Below the pieces are notes generated by a model. That model ran no database searches. It worked only from the letters and a program-made list of their open reading frames with translations, and was not told the DNA's origin. From assembly GCA_036556205.1 (NCBI GenBank), contig DATBJW010000008.1, positions 1,977-65,976 on the forward strand: DNA of 64,000 bases. Direction: 5' to 3'. How positions within the stretch are numbered: position 1 is the stretch's first letter; the number at the start of each line of letters is the position of its first letter. Origin of the DNA: Gemmatimonadota bacterium. GTDB taxonomy: Bacteria; Gemmatimonadota; Gemmatimonadetes; JACCXV01. Of this stretch, positions 52,389 to 62,891 are shown piece by piece. The translations under genes and the position numbers were made by a program.

Positions 52389-53498
52389 ATGAGACAAGCC
52401 GGGGAGGTCGTCTTGCTGGCCACGGCGAGGGTCGAGACCGCGCGTCCGTATCCGGTCTGGATCACGCGCGGCGGGACCCGTCGCGCCGCGGATCTGCTGG
52501 CGGAGCTCGAGCCTCCTCTGACCCCGTCGGGCTGGGCTCTGGTCAGCGACGAGCGGGTGTCGGCGCTGCACGGTTCCGCGCTGCGCTCGGGCCTCGCGGC
52601 GTGGGGCGACCCGCTCGCGGCGCTGGCGCTGCCCGAGCGCGAGCGCGCCAAGACCTGGGAGACGGCCGGCCAGGCGCTGCGCGGCCTCGCGCAGGCCGGC
52701 CTCGAGCGAGGGGGCGCGGTGGTCTGCCTCGGCGGAGGCTCGGTCGGCGACCTGGGCGGCTTCCTGGCCGCGGTCTACGCGCGCGGCGTGAGCTTCGTCA
52801 ACGTTCCCACGACCCTTCTCGCCGCGGTGGACGCCTCGATCGGCGGCAAGACCGGCGTGAACCTTCCCGAGGGCAAGAACCTGGCGGGTGCGTTCCACCA
52901 GCCGCGCGCCGTGCTCGTGGACCTCGACCTGCTCGCCACGCTCCCGGCGGCGGAGTGGCGCAATGGCTGGGCGGAGGTCATCAAGATCGCGATCACCTCG
53001 GACCCCGGGCTCGTCGAGCTCCTCGAGAGCGGAGCGCCGCAGGAGGATGCCGCCGCCCTCGAGCGCGCCGTCGAGCGGGCCTGCCGCGCGAAGGCGGCGA
53101 TCGTCTCGGCCGACGAGCGCGAGGCGGCAGGCCGCAAGGTGCTCAACTTCGGCCACACGGTGGGGCACGCGATCGAGGCCGCGGGAGGCTATGGGCGCTG
53201 GAGCCATGGCGAATCGGTCGCGCTCGGGATCGCCTGCGAGCTCGAGCTGGGCGTGCGCCTGGGCGTGACGCCCGCCGCGGTTGCCCGGCGCGCGACCGCG
53301 CTGCTCGAGAGCTACGGTCTGCCCGTCCGCGGCTCGGGATTCGGACCCGATGACCTCGCGCCTTTCCTGCGCCGCGACAAGAAGCAGGAGCGCGGCGAAG
53401 CCAGCGTCATGTTGACCGTCCAGATGGGCCGGCCTATACTTCGCCGGCTTCCGCCCGGGCACCCCGATCTGCGCGAGGCGATCCGCTCGGTCGCCTGA
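52389..53498 (+). CDS. aroB: 3-dehydroquinate synthase
   Basis: Motifs are GGGSVGDLGGFLAAVYARGV, VPTTLLAAVDASIGGKTGVN and NFGHTVGHAIE. Confidence 0.93.
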   Translation: MRQAGEVVLLATARVETARPYPVWITRGGTRRAADLLAELEPPLTPSGWALVSDERVSALHGSALRSGLAAWGDPLAALALPERERAKTWETAGQALRGLAQAGLERGGAVVCLGGGSVGDLGGFLAAVYARGVSFVNVPTTLLAAVDASIGGKTGVNLPEGKNLAGAFHQPRAVLVDLDLLATLPAAEWRNGWAEVIKIAITSDPGLVELLESGAPQEDAAALERAVERACRAKAAIVSADEREAAGRKVLNFGHTVGHAIEAAGGYGRWSHGESVALGIACELELGVRLGVTPAAVARRATALLESYGLPVRGSGFGPDDLAPFLRRDKKQERGEASVMLTVQMGRPILRRLPPGHPDLREAIRSVA

Positions 53499-53577
53499 AG
53501 CAGGTCCCCCGCCCGTGCCGGGCCCCTTCGATCGCGTGCCGAGCGTTCCGAGCCTTCGCCCGAAGCGAGGAGTCGCC

Positions 53578-54723
53578 ATGTCGCCCGCCGCATCCTTCGA
53601 AGACGAGATCGCCAAGCTCTCGGACCGGCTTGCCCTGAACCCCACGTCGCGGATCTTCGCGCCGCTGGCCGACGCCTACCGCCGCGCCGGGCGTCTATCC
53701 GAGGCTATCGCGGTGTGCCGCGAGGGCCTGAATCACCACCCGGACTATCTGAGCGGGCTCGTCGTGCTCGCCCGGAGCTACCACGACACGGGCGACCTGG
53801 ACGCCGCCGGGGATACCTTCCGCCGCGTCCTCGGCTCCGACCCTCACAACGTGGGCGCGCTCCGCGCGCTGGCCGAGATCGCCCGCTCGCGGGGCGATGA
53901 CGAGGAGGCCCTGCGCCTGGGCGAGCGGGCGCTGGCCCTCGAGCCCGGAGACGAGGAGCTGCGAGAGCGTGTCGAGAGCCTGCGCGCGGCACTCGCCCGA
54001 GCGGAGGCGGCCGCGTACGGCGAAGCCGAGCCCGAGCCCGGAATCCCGGCCGCCGAGGAGCTCGCGGAAGGCGCGGGATTCCAGGAATACCTGACGGGCG
54101 CCGCGGAGCGAGAGACGGGCGCCGATCAGGTCGCCGCCGAGCCCGCGGGAGACGAGATCGCCACGGCCACCCTGGCCGACGTCTACGCCGAGCAGGGCCT
54201 GCTCGAGCGCGCCCTCTCCATCTACCGCCGGCTGCTGGCCGAGGATCCGGGCAACGCGCGCGTGCGTGAGAAGATCGAGCGCCTGGAGCAGAGCCTTCGC
54301 GAGGAGGGCGCGCCGCTTGCGGCGCAGGCGGCCCGGCCGGCGCCCTCGAGCTTCGTGCCGGGGGAGATCCGGATCACGGGTGAGGAGGTCGTGGTCGCCG
54401 GCTCGGTCGAGATGACGCTGCCCGTCGATGGAGCAGGCGTCGCCTCCGTGCAGATGCCCGAGGAGGTCCGGCGGGGGGAGCGCAAGCCGGCGCCCCTGCC
54501 GTGGGCGTTCTTGCTCGAGGAGGAGATGGACCACGACCCCGAGGAGGTCTTCGCCGGGCGCGCGGCGTCTGCCCGCGGCGAGCACTCGGGCGCGGCCCGC
54601 GAGGTGGACGCACCAGCCGGTCCCGCCCCCGCGCCGCGCGCGGCCGAGGCGTCGCCGGCACCCTCGGCCATCCCCGACGACGACCTCAAGAAATTCCAGG
54701 AATGGCTGAAGAGCCTGCGCTGA
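53578..54723 (+). CDS. TPR-repeat protein with acidic/Pro-rich C-terminal half
   Basis: GAGGAG lies 5 nt upstream of ATG 53578; the track ORF starts at 53515. There are N-terminal TPR repeats (AYRRAGRLSEAIAVCREGLNHHPDY..) and a further TPR-like unit near residue 200. The protein ends DDDLKKFQEWLKSLR. Confidence 0.75.
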   Translation: MSPAASFEDEIAKLSDRLALNPTSRIFAPLADAYRRAGRLSEAIAVCREGLNHHPDYLSGLVVLARSYHDTGDLDAAGDTFRRVLGSDPHNVGALRALAEIARSRGDDEEALRLGERALALEPGDEELRERVESLRAALARAEAAAYGEAEPEPGIPAAEELAEGAGFQEYLTGAAERETGADQVAAEPAGDEIATATLADVYAEQGLLERALSIYRRLLAEDPGNARVREKIERLEQSLREEGAPLAAQAARPAPSSFVPGEIRITGEEVVVAGSVEMTLPVDGAGVASVQMPEEVRRGERKPAPLPWAFLLEEEMDHDPEEVFAGRAASARGEHSGAAREVDAPAGPAPAPRAAEASPAPSAIPDDDLKKFQEWLKSLR

Positions 54724-54856
54724 CGCGCGGTCGGGGCCCCCTCTCGCGCCCGTGTCGAGAGGGGGCCTTCGTGCATCCACGTCTGGCGCACGGATCCGGC
54801 GGGGTGCGGTGACGCCGACCGCGGGCCGGAGCGGAACGCGGCCGGGACGCCGGCGC

Positions 54857-55294
54857 GTGGGGCTGCTCGAAGGGCCCAACCTGAACCTGCTGGGGACCCG
54901 CGAGCCCCTGCTCTACGGCAAGACCACCCACGCCGAGCTGCTGCGCCGCGTCGCGGAGCGCGCGGCCGCTCTGGGCGTGGGGCTCGACTCCTTCCAGAGC
55001 AATCACGAGGGCGAGCTCATCGACCGGCTCCAGGCCTGGTCGCGAGACCGCTCCCTCGTCGGGGTCATCGTGAACCCGGGCGGGCTCGCGCACACGAGCG
55101 TGGCGCTGCGCGACGCCCTGGCGGCGCTCGGCTGCCCCGTGGTCGAGGTGCATCTCACCAACATCGCGGCCCGCGAGCCCTTCCGGCGCCGCTCGCTCGT
55201 CTCGGGTGTCGTCCGCGGTGTGGTGAGCGGGCTCGGCCCGGACGGCTATCTGGCGGCACTCGAGCACCTCGCGCGCCCGGCCCGCTCGCGCTGA
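54857..55294 (+). CDS. aroQ: Type II 3-dehydroquinate dehydratase
   Basis: Motifs are [25 protein letters not shown] and [18 protein letters not shown] 54857 was chosen by alignment to the usual N-terminus. GTG 54809 and the track ORF's codon at 54752 are alternatives. Confidence 0.88.
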   Translation: MGLLEGPNLNLLGTREPLLYGKTTHAELLRRVAERAAALGVGLDSFQSNHEGELIDRLQAWSRDRSLVGVIVNPGGLAHTSVALRDALAALGCPVVEVHLTNIAAREPFRRRSLVSGVVRGVVSGLGPDGYLAALEHLARPARSR

Positions 55295-55413
55295 CCGCGC
55301 GAGCGACGCGCCCGCGGCCGGTTGTGAGCGGCCGGCCGCTACCCTACATTGGGGCGCGCGCAGGCCCCGCGCCACGACCGGGCCGATCCCCCAACTCGTT
55401 TCCGCGCAAGGTC

Positions 55414-55971
55414 ATGGCATCAACGACGGAGTTCCGGAACGGTCTCGTCATGCAGCTGGAGGGGAACCTCTACCAGATCGTGTACTTCCAGCACGTGAAG
55501 CCCGGCAAGGGAGGTGCGTTCGTCCGCACGAAGCTCAAGAACGTGACCACCGGCGCGGTCATCGATCGCACGTTCCGCGCCGGCGAGCGGGTGGACGACG
55601 TCCGCCTCGAGCGCCGTTCCCTGCAGTACCTGTACAACACGGGGGACATCTACTATTTCATGGATCTGGACACCTTCGAGCAGCATCCTGTGGCCGCCTC
55701 CGCCGTCCAGGAGCAGAGCAAGTTCCTCAAGGAGAGCACGACCGTGGACGCGCTTTTCCACGAGGGCAAGGTTCTGGTCGTCGAGCTGCCGAACTTCATC
55801 GAGCTCGAGGTGACGGAGACCGATCCCGGCCTGCGGGGCGACACGGCCACCGGCGGGACGAAGCCCGCCACCCTCGAGACGGGGGCGGTGGTCCAGGTGC
55901 CGCTGTTCGTGAACGTGGGCGACAGGATCCGCGTCGACACGCGCACCGAGCAGTACCTGGCGCGCGCCTGA
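55414..55971 (+). CDS. efp: Translation elongation factor P
   Basis: ATG 55414 is in frame in ORF 55324..55971. Motifs are [37 protein letters not shown]. Confidence 0.95.
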   Translation: MASTTEFRNGLVMQLEGNLYQIVYFQHVKPGKGGAFVRTKLKNVTTGAVIDRTFRAGERVDDVRLERRSLQYLYNTGDIYYFMDLDTFEQHPVAASAVQEQSKFLKESTTVDALFHEGKVLVVELPNFIELEVTETDPGLRGDTATGGTKPATLETGAVVQVPLFVNVGDRIRVDTRTEQYLARA

Positions 55972-55979
55972 GAGGCGGC

Positions 55980-56450
55980 ATGAACGAGCGCGAGATCAAA
56001 CGCCTGATCCGCATCGTCGAAGAGTCCGGCATCGACGAGCTCGAGGTCTCGCGCTGGGGTCGCAGCGTGCGCATCGTCAAGCGCGCCGCGAACGGCGCGG
56101 AGCAGGGTGCCGCGACCACGGTGTACACGGTGGAAGCGGGAGGCGCGGGAGGGGGCAAGCCGCGGCCGGGGTCCGCGCCCGCGACGGCAGCGGCCGGCGA
56201 GCGGCCCGGTGTGGCGCTCCTCCGGGCGCCGATGGTCGGAACCTTCTATCGGGCGCCCTCTCCGGAGGCGCCCGCCTACGTGGACGTGGGGGATCGGGTG
56301 CGCAAGGGGCAGACGCTTTGCATCCTCGAGGCCATGAAGCTGATGAACGAGATCGAGTCCGAGCAGGACGGCGTCGTGCGCGCGATCCTGGCCGAGAACG
56401 GCGAGCCCGTCGAGTACGGGCAACCGCTCTTCGAGCTGGAGCCCGTCTGA
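55980..56450 (+). CDS. accB: Acetyl-CoA carboxylase biotin carboxyl carrier protein
   Basis: The biotinyl-lysine motif [14 protein letters not shown] is present, with a Pro/Ala linker. Confidence 0.93.
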   Translation: MNEREIKRLIRIVEESGIDELEVSRWGRSVRIVKRAANGAEQGAATTVYTVEAGGAGGGKPRPGSAPATAAAGERPGVALLRAPMVGTFYRAPSPEAPAYVDVGDRVRKGQTLCILEAMKLMNEIESEQDGVVRAILAENGEPVEYGQPLFELEPV

Positions 56451-56494
56451 CGTCTCCGCGCCTTCCATCCGCGTCCACCCGGAGGGGCTGAGCC

Positions 56495-57625
56495 GTGGCC
56501 CACGACGAGCAAGAGGGTTCCGTGACCCTCAAAGAGATCCTCAAGTTCATGCTGCAGGCCAATGCCTCCGACCTGCACCTCAAGGTCGGCAGCCCGCCGG
56601 TCCTGCGCGTCAACGGCGCGCTGCAGCCGCTCGGCAAGCAGGTCATCTCCAACGACCACCTGAAGACCTTCACGAGCCAGGTCCTGTCCGAGCGGCAGCA
56701 GAAGATCCTGCTCGAGACGCGGGAGCTGGACTGCGCGCTGTCCATCGCCGGGCTCGGTCGCTTCCGCTGCAACGTCTACTACCAGCGCGGCACGCCTTCC
56801 TTCGCGATCCGCGCGATCCCGGTCGGGATCAAGGGGATCCACGAGCTGAACCTGCCGCCCACGGTCGAGGCGGTGTCCATGCGACCGCGCGGGCTGGTGC
56901 TGGTGACCGGCGTGACGGGGAGCGGGAAGTCCACGACGCTGGCCGCGATGATCCAGCACATCAACCTCCACAAGCGGATGAAGATCGTCACGGTGGAGGA
57001 TCCGATCGAGTTTCTGTTCCGCGACCAGCTGTCGATCATCTCCCAGCGCGAGATCGGCGCCGACACCCACACGTTCGCGAGCGCGCTCAAGCACATCCTG
57101 CGGCAGGATCCGGACGTGATCATGGTGGGGGAGATCCGCGACACCGAGACCATGGAGACCGCCATCAAGGCCGCCGACACCGGACACCTGGTGCTCTCGA
57201 CGTTGCACACCACGGACGCACCCACCACGATCAACCGCATCATCTCGTTCTTCCCGCCCTACCAGCACGACCAGATGCGCTCGCTGATCGCGAACAACCT
57301 GGTGGGAATCATCTCCATGCGGCTCATCCCGACGGCCGACGGGGAGGGACGCGTGCCCGCCTGCGAGATCCTGGTCTCGACCGAGGCCGTGCGCGAGCAC
57401 ATCGCCGACCACGCCAAGCTGCCGATGATCCCCACCCTGCTGCAGGAGGGCCACCTCCAGTACGGCATGCAGACCTTCGACCAGGCGCTGATGAAGCTCT
57501 ATCGCGATGGGACGATTCGCTTCGAGGACGCGCTGTTCCACTCGACGAACCCCAACGAGTTCGCGCTGCGCGTCAAGGGGATCGAGGCGACGTCCGACAC
57601 CAAGTGGACGCAGCTCACGGGCTGA
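56495..57625 (+). CDS. pilT: PilT/PilU-family type IV pilus retraction ATPase
   Basis: Walker A is [10 protein letters not shown], the Asp box is TVEDPIEF, Walker B is [10 protein letters not shown] and the His box is [10 protein letters not shown]. The GTG start is preceded by GGAGGGG. Confidence 0.88.
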   Translation: MAHDEQEGSVTLKEILKFMLQANASDLHLKVGSPPVLRVNGALQPLGKQVISNDHLKTFTSQVLSERQQKILLETRELDCALSIAGLGRFRCNVYYQRGTPSFAIRAIPVGIKGIHELNLPPTVEAVSMRPRGLVLVTGVTGSGKSTTLAAMIQHINLHKRMKIVTVEDPIEFLFRDQLSIISQREIGADTHTFASALKHILRQDPDVIMVGEIRDTETMETAIKAADTGHLVLSTLHTTDAPTTINRIISFFPPYQHDQMRSLIANNLVGIISMRLIPTADGEGRVPACEILVSTEAVREHIADHAKLPMIPTLLQEGHLQYGMQTFDQALMKLYRDGTIRFEDALFHSTNPNEFALRVKGIEATSDTKWTQLTG

Positions 57626-57701
57626 TCCGCCGGCGGACCTCCGCGCCGCGGCCCACGCGGGCTCCCCTTCGGCTCCGCGACTCACCGACCCGAGATCGGC
57701 C

Positions 57702-59072
57702 ATGTTCGAGAAGATCCTGATCGCGAACCGGGGCGAGATCGCCCTGCGGGTGATCCGCTCCTGCCGGGCGCTCGGCGTGCCGAGCGTGGCCGTCCACTCC
57801 GACGTGGACGCGGACGCCCTGCACGTGCGCTTCGCCGACGAGGCCATCTGCATCGGGCCGGCGGCCGCGGCCGAGAGCTACCTGAACGTGCCGCGGATCA
57901 TCGCCGCAGCCGAGATCTCGGGCGCCGACGCCATCCATCCGGGCTACGGCTTTCTGGCCGAGAACGCCGAGTTCGCCGAGATCTGCGCCGAGAGCCGGCT
58001 CACCTTTATCGGCCCCTCGCCCGACGTCCTGCGCCGAATGGGTGACAAGGCCGAGGCGCGCCGCGCGATGGCCGCGGCGGGCGTGCCTATCCTGCCCGGC
58101 AGCTCCGAGGCCGTGGACAAGGAGCGCAAGGGCGTGGCGATCGCCCGCCAGCTCGGCTTTCCGGTCATCATCAAGGCGGCCGCGGGCGGGGGCGGGCGGG
58201 GCATGCGCGTCGCGCGCGACGAGGACGAGTTCAAGCGCGTGTTCGGGGTCGCCCGTCGCGAGGCCGAGCAGGCCTTCGGCGACGACCGCGTGTACGTCGA
58301 GCGCTACGTGGAGGAGCCCCGCCACGTCGAGTTCCAGATCCTGGGCGACGCGCACGGGCGGGTCCTGCACCTGGGCGAGCGCGACTGCTCGATCCAACGC
58401 CGGCATCAGAAACTGGTGGAGGAGAGTCCGTCGCCGGCCCTCGACGCCGCACTCCGCGACCGCATGGGCGCGGCCGCCGTCCGCGGCGCGCGCTCGGTGG
58501 GCTACGTCGGGGCGGGGACGGTCGAGTTCCTGCTGGATCGTGGCGGGGACTTCTACTTCATGGAGATGAACGCCCGCATCCAGGTCGAGCATCCCGTCAC
58601 CGAGATGGTGACGGGGGTGGACCTGGTGGCGGAGCAGATCCGGGTGGCGGCGCGGGAGCCGCTCGACATCCCCGACAAGACCCTGGGGCTGCGCGGGCAC
58701 GCGATCGAGTTCCGCGTCAACGCGGAGGACCCGGATCGGGACTTCCTGCCGTCGCCGGGCCGCATCACGTCCTTCCACGTTCCAGGCGGCCCCGGGGTTC
58801 GCGTGGACACCCACGCCTACGCCGGCTATGCCATCCCGCCGCACTACGACTCGCTCATCGCCAAGCTCATATGCCACGGCGCCACGCGCGAGCAGGCCCT
58901 CGCTCGCGGCCGCACGGCGCTGGACGAGTTCGTGATCGAGGGCGTGCGGACTACGATTCCCTTCCACCAGGCGATCCTGCGCAACGAGCGGTTCCTGGCG
59001 GGCGCGGTCAGCACGCGCTTCCTGGAGAGCCTCGCCGAGGAGCCCGCCGCCGCGCTCGCGGCGGTCTCGTGA
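57702..59072 (+). CDS. accC: Acetyl-CoA carboxylase biotin carboxylase subunit
   Basis: ATG 57702 is in frame in ORF 57507..59072. Motifs are [29 protein letters not shown], and [14 protein letters not shown] in the ATP-grasp domain. Confidence 0.95.
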   Translation: MFEKILIANRGEIALRVIRSCRALGVPSVAVHSDVDADALHVRFADEAICIGPAAAAESYLNVPRIIAAAEISGADAIHPGYGFLAENAEFAEICAESRLTFIGPSPDVLRRMGDKAEARRAMAAAGVPILPGSSEAVDKERKGVAIARQLGFPVIIKAAAGGGGRGMRVARDEDEFKRVFGVARREAEQAFGDDRVYVERYVEEPRHVEFQILGDAHGRVLHLGERDCSIQRRHQKLVEESPSPALDAALRDRMGAAAVRGARSVGYVGAGTVEFLLDRGGDFYFMEMNARIQVEHPVTEMVTGVDLVAEQIRVAAREPLDIPDKTLGLRGHAIEFRVNAEDPDRDFLPSPGRITSFHVPGGPGVRVDTHAYAGYAIPPHYDSLIAKLICHGATREQALARGRTALDEFVIEGVRTTIPFHQAILRNERFLAGAVSTRFLESLAEEPAAALAAVS

Positions 59073-59088
59073 GGCGCTCGGGCCCCCG

Positions 59089-61620
59089 GTGACCCGCTCG
59101 CGGCGCTCGGCCGCCGGTCACCGCTCGAGCCGCGGGCAGGGCCCGGCCTCGGGCGGGAGCTCGTCCGCGTCGCGCGAGCGCGAGGCGGCGGGAGTCCTGC
59201 TGGTGGCCCTCGGGTTGTTCCTCGGCGTCGCCTTCGTCCCCGACCGGGGCGGCCGTCAGAACCTAGTGGGTCCGCTCGGGGAATCGAGCTTCGACCTCCT
59301 GCACGGTCTCTTCTCGTGGGGCGGCCTGGCCGTTCCCGTGCTGGCCTTGGTCTGGGGCGTGACGCTCTTCCGCGGGAGCGGCGCCGCGGCCGCGCGGCGC
59401 TTCAGCCTCGTGACCGGGGTCGGGACGCTCGCCTGCCTCACCGCCCTCGCCCTGGTCGGGGCCCCGAGCCGGTCCGTGGACGCGCAAGGCGCGGCCGGGC
59501 TCGTGCCGGCGCTGCTCGGCGCGCGGCTCCAGGCGGCCTTCGGCTTCGCCGGCGCTCTGATCGCGCTCGGCCTCGGCGTGCTCCTGGCTCTCATCTTCGG
59601 CGTCGAATCCAGGCCCTCGCTGGTGGGGGCGCGCGGCTCGGCCACGGCTTCCGTGCTGAAGCGGGTCCTGCGCGCTCTGGGCTGGACGCTCGGGCTGCTG
59701 GCCGCCGCGGTGGTCTGGCTCGCGACCTGGGTGGGAGGTCTGCTGGGGGTGCTCGGCGTGGCGTTCGGCGCGGCCTGGACCCGGCTCTCGGAAGCCCGGG
59801 CCGCCCGCCTCGAGCGACCGCCGGAGACCGCCGCGGAGGCTCTCGCGCGCGGGGCTGCGCGCGAGGCACCGGCGGACCCGCGGCGACCCTCGCCGCAGGG
59901 CTTCGGCGTCCCTGGCGCCGGCGCGCCCGAGATCGCCGCGCGGGTCGCGGGTGCGGCGCCGGTGGGGGGAATCCCCCGCGGCCAGGACGCCGACGAGACC
60001 GCCTCGACCGTGGCCGGAGGGAAGCGGCTGGAACGGGGCAACGGCGCCCCTCCGCGCGGCCCGGTGCGGGCGGCGAAGCCGGGCCCGCCGCCCGCGTGGG
60101 AGGTCCCGCTCGAGCTCTTCGACGCGCCCGTCCCCCGCGACGCCGCGGCTTCCCGGCGCGAGCTCCAGGAGCTGGGCGTGGTGCTGATCAAGAAGCTCGC
60201 CGACTTCAACGTGCGCGGCGAGATCACGGGCATCTCCTCGGGGCCGGTCATCACGCAGTTCGAGGTCGAGCCCGCACCCGGCGTCAAGGTGAACCAGATC
60301 GCCAACCTGGCGGACGATCTGGCGCTCGCCATGCGAGCCCAGAGGATCCGGATCGTGGCGCCGATCCCGGGACGCGGTGCGGTGGGCATCGAGATCCCGA
60401 ACGCCCGCCCGGAGACGGTGACGATCCGGGAGCTCCTGGCCTCGCGCGCGTTCACGGAGTCCCGCGGAACGCTCCCGATCATCCTCGGCAAGGAGATCTC
60501 GGGCACGCCCGTGGTGTCCGACCTGACGCGCATGCCGCACCTCCTGATCGCGGGCTCCACGGGATCCGGCAAGTCGGTCTGCATCAACGCGCTCCTGACC
60601 TCGCTCCTCTATCGTTTCTCGCCCGCCGACCTGCGCTTGATCCTGATCGACCCCAAGATGCTCGAGCTCTCGATGTACAACGAGGTGCCGCACCTGCTGC
60701 ACCCCGTCGTCACGCGCGCCAAGGACTCGGCGATCGCCCTCAAGTGGGCGGTCTACGAGATGGAGCGCCGCTTCGAGCTGCTGGCCCGGAACGCCGTGCG
60801 CAACGTGGCCGACTTCAACGCGCGGCTGCGCGCGGGGACCGAGCTCGCCGGCGTGGACTCGAAGCTCGGGACCGCCGACGAGCCGCTGCGGCCCCTGCCC
60901 TACGTGGTCGTAGTCGTGGACGAGCTCGCGGACCTGATGCTGACCGTACAGGCCGAGATCGAGGAGCCTCTGGCCCGCCTGGCGCAGAAAGCCCGCGCGG
61001 TCGGGATCCACGTGGTGCTCGCCACCCAGCGGCCCTCGGTGAACGTGCTCACCGGCTTCATCAAGGCGAACTTCCCCTCGCGCATCAGCTTCCAGGTCGC
61101 CTCCAAGACCGACTCGCGCACGATCCTGGACCAGAACGGCGCGGAGGCGCTCCTCGGGCAAGGCGACATGCTGTTTTTGCCCGCCGACCGGGCCGCCCCG
61201 GTTCGCATCCAGGGTGCGTTCGTGTCCGCGCGCGAGACCGAGGCGCTCGTGGAGTGCGCGCGGCGGCTTGCCGAGCGGCACGAGTTCGCCGCCCGCGAGA
61301 CGATCGACCTGCAGAAGGTGGAGGGCGCGGAGCTGGAGGAAACCGACGGCGACCGCGACGAGCTCTTCTTCGAGGCCGCGCGCGTCGTCATCGAGCACGA
61401 CCAGGGCTCGACCTCGTTGCTCCAGCGGCGTCTCAAGGTGGGCTATTCGCGGGCGGCGCGGATCGTGGACCAGCTCCATCAGCGCGGCATCCTCGGACCG
61501 CCCGACGGGAGCAAGCCGCGCGAGGTGCGGATCGGCCTCGAGGAGCTGGCCGAGATGCAGGCCGGGCCGGCCCGGAGCGCCGAGCCCCGCGCCTCGTCGC
61601 CCGGCGGCGGTCCCGCATGA
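59089..61620 (+). CDS. ftsK: DNA translocase FtsK/SpoIIIE
   Basis: N-terminal TM helices and a Pro/Ala linker precede the motor domain, which has PHLLIAGSTGSGKS and VVVVDELADLM. The C-terminal gamma (winged-helix) domain is STSLLQRRLKVGYSRAARIVDQLHQRGILG. Confidence 0.93.
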   Translation: MTRSRRSAAGHRSSRGQGPASGGSSSASREREAAGVLLVALGLFLGVAFVPDRGGRQNLVGPLGESSFDLLHGLFSWGGLAVPVLALVWGVTLFRGSGAAAARRFSLVTGVGTLACLTALALVGAPSRSVDAQGAAGLVPALLGARLQAAFGFAGALIALGLGVLLALIFGVESRPSLVGARGSATASVLKRVLRALGWTLGLLAAAVVWLATWVGGLLGVLGVAFGAAWTRLSEARAARLERPPETAAEALARGAAREAPADPRRPSPQGFGVPGAGAPEIAARVAGAAPVGGIPRGQDADETASTVAGGKRLERGNGAPPRGPVRAAKPGPPPAWEVPLELFDAPVPRDAAASRRELQELGVVLIKKLADFNVRGEITGISSGPVITQFEVEPAPGVKVNQIANLADDLALAMRAQRIRIVAPIPGRGAVGIEIPNARPETVTIRELLASRAFTESRGTLPIILGKEISGTPVVSDLTRMPHLLIAGSTGSGKSVCINALLTSLLYRFSPADLRLILIDPKMLELSMYNEVPHLLHPVVTRAKDSAIALKWAVYEMERRFELLARNAVRNVADFNARLRAGTELAGVDSKLGTADEPLRPLPYVVVVVDELADLMLTVQAEIEEPLARLAQKARAVGIHVVLATQRPSVNVLTGFIKANFPSRISFQVASKTDSRTILDQNGAEALLGQGDMLFLPADRAAPVRIQGAFVSARETEALVECARRLAERHEFAARETIDLQKVEGAELEETDGDRDELFFEAARVVIEHDQGSTSLLQRRLKVGYSRAARIVDQLHQRGILGPPDGSKPREVRIGLEELAEMQAGPARSAEPRASSPGGGPA

Positions 61621-61697
61621 CGGGGGCGCGGACAGAGCCGTCCGGTCACCTTCAAGCGGAAGGCCCCCCGGTCGAGAGCGGCGCCCGCCTTCCGAGG

Positions 61698-62858
61698 ATG
61701 TCCGTCGCCTTCATCGGGGGCAGAGGGGTGGGCGGGAAGTACGGGGGGATCGAGACCTTCTACGAGAACGTCCCCGTGCGGCTCGCCAGGCGGGGCCACG
61801 ACGTCACGATCTACTGCCGCCGCCATTTCACACCCGATGACTACGTCATCCCGGGGGTGCGCCTGGCGCGGTTGCCGAGCACGGGGGGCAAGCACCTCGA
61901 CACGCCCGTCCACTCGGTCCTGAGCACGGTCCACGCCCTCCTCAGCCGCCACGACGTCGTCCACTACCAGGCGCTCGGATCGTCCCTCTTGAGCTGGGTC
62001 CCGCGTCTGTGCGGCACGGCGACCGTCGCGACGGTGCACGGCCTCGACTGGCAGCGCGCGAAGTGGGGCCGCGTCGCCCGGCTGGTGCTGCGGACCGGGG
62101 AGTGGGCCAGCGTGAAGCTCGCCGACCGGACGACGACGAACTCGAAGAACCTCGCCGCGGAGCTGCAGCGCAAGTATCGGAAGGCCGTCCACTACATCCC
62201 GAACGGGGTGGACCCGTTTCCGATCCCGCCTCCCGTGAACCTCGACCGCTACGGCCTGGAGCCGAAGGGCTACCTGCTCTTCGCCGGCCGGCTCAGTCCC
62301 GAGAAGGGCTGTCACACGCTGCTCGAGGCGTATCTGGGATCCCGTACGTCCATGCCGCTGGTCTTCGCGGGAGGCAGCATCGACAAGAAGTACGAGCAGG
62401 TCCTGCGGAGTCAGGCCCCCGAGCGGGTGCGCTTCCTGGGGTACGTGGACAGCGCCGCTCTGGGGGAGCTGTACGCGCACGCCTACCTGTTCGTCCTGCC
62501 GTCGTTCCTGGAAGGGCTCTCGCTCTCGCTGCTCGAGGCCATGAGCTACGGCTGCCCGGTGGTCGCCAGCGACATTCCGGAGAACAGAGACGTGCTGGAG
62601 GACACGGGATTCACGTTTCCGCCCGGCGACGCGGCGCGGCTGCGAGAGCTCCTCGACGAGCTGCTGGAACGTCCCGACCTGCTGGAGGAGAAGGCCGCGG
62701 CCGCCAGACGGCTGGTCATGGAGAACTACACCTGGGAGGACGTGGTCGGGCGCTTCGAGGCCCTCTACGCGGGCCTGCTGGGGTCCGACGGCCCGCCGTC
62801 CGACCGGGAGCGCTCCGGCTCCGAAGCAAGGCCTGAGGGGCTGAAGGGACCGGCCTGA
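61698..62858 (+). CDS. Family-4 (GT-B) glycosyltransferase
   Basis: ATG 61698 is in frame in track ORF 59316..62858, whose first 794 aa are out-of-frame overlap with ftsK. Motifs are GGIETFYENV, FAGRLSPEKG and PSFLEGLSLSLLEAMSYGCPVVASD (the EX7E region). Confidence 0.85.
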   Translation: MSVAFIGGRGVGGKYGGIETFYENVPVRLARRGHDVTIYCRRHFTPDDYVIPGVRLARLPSTGGKHLDTPVHSVLSTVHALLSRHDVVHYQALGSSLLSWVPRLCGTATVATVHGLDWQRAKWGRVARLVLRTGEWASVKLADRTTTNSKNLAAELQRKYRKAVHYIPNGVDPFPIPPPVNLDRYGLEPKGYLLFAGRLSPEKGCHTLLEAYLGSRTSMPLVFAGGSIDKKYEQVLRSQAPERVRFLGYVDSAALGELYAHAYLFVLPSFLEGLSLSLLEAMSYGCPVVASDIPENRDVLEDTGFTFPPGDAARLRELLDELLERPDLLEEKAAAARRLVMENYTWEDVVGRFEALYAGLLGSDGPPSDRERSGSEARPEGLKGPA

Positions 62859-62891
62859 ACCGTCCCGCGTCCGGGGGGTAGCAAGTTCGGG

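Noticed and set aside
56495-57625. pilT region as a horizontally acquired island, on an impression of lower GC.
   Set aside because: Third-codon positions remain overwhelmingly G/C, as in neighbouring genes. The slightly lower overall GC is explained by amino-acid composition (Ile/Lys/Thr/His-rich ATPase). There are no flanking repeats or mobility genes.
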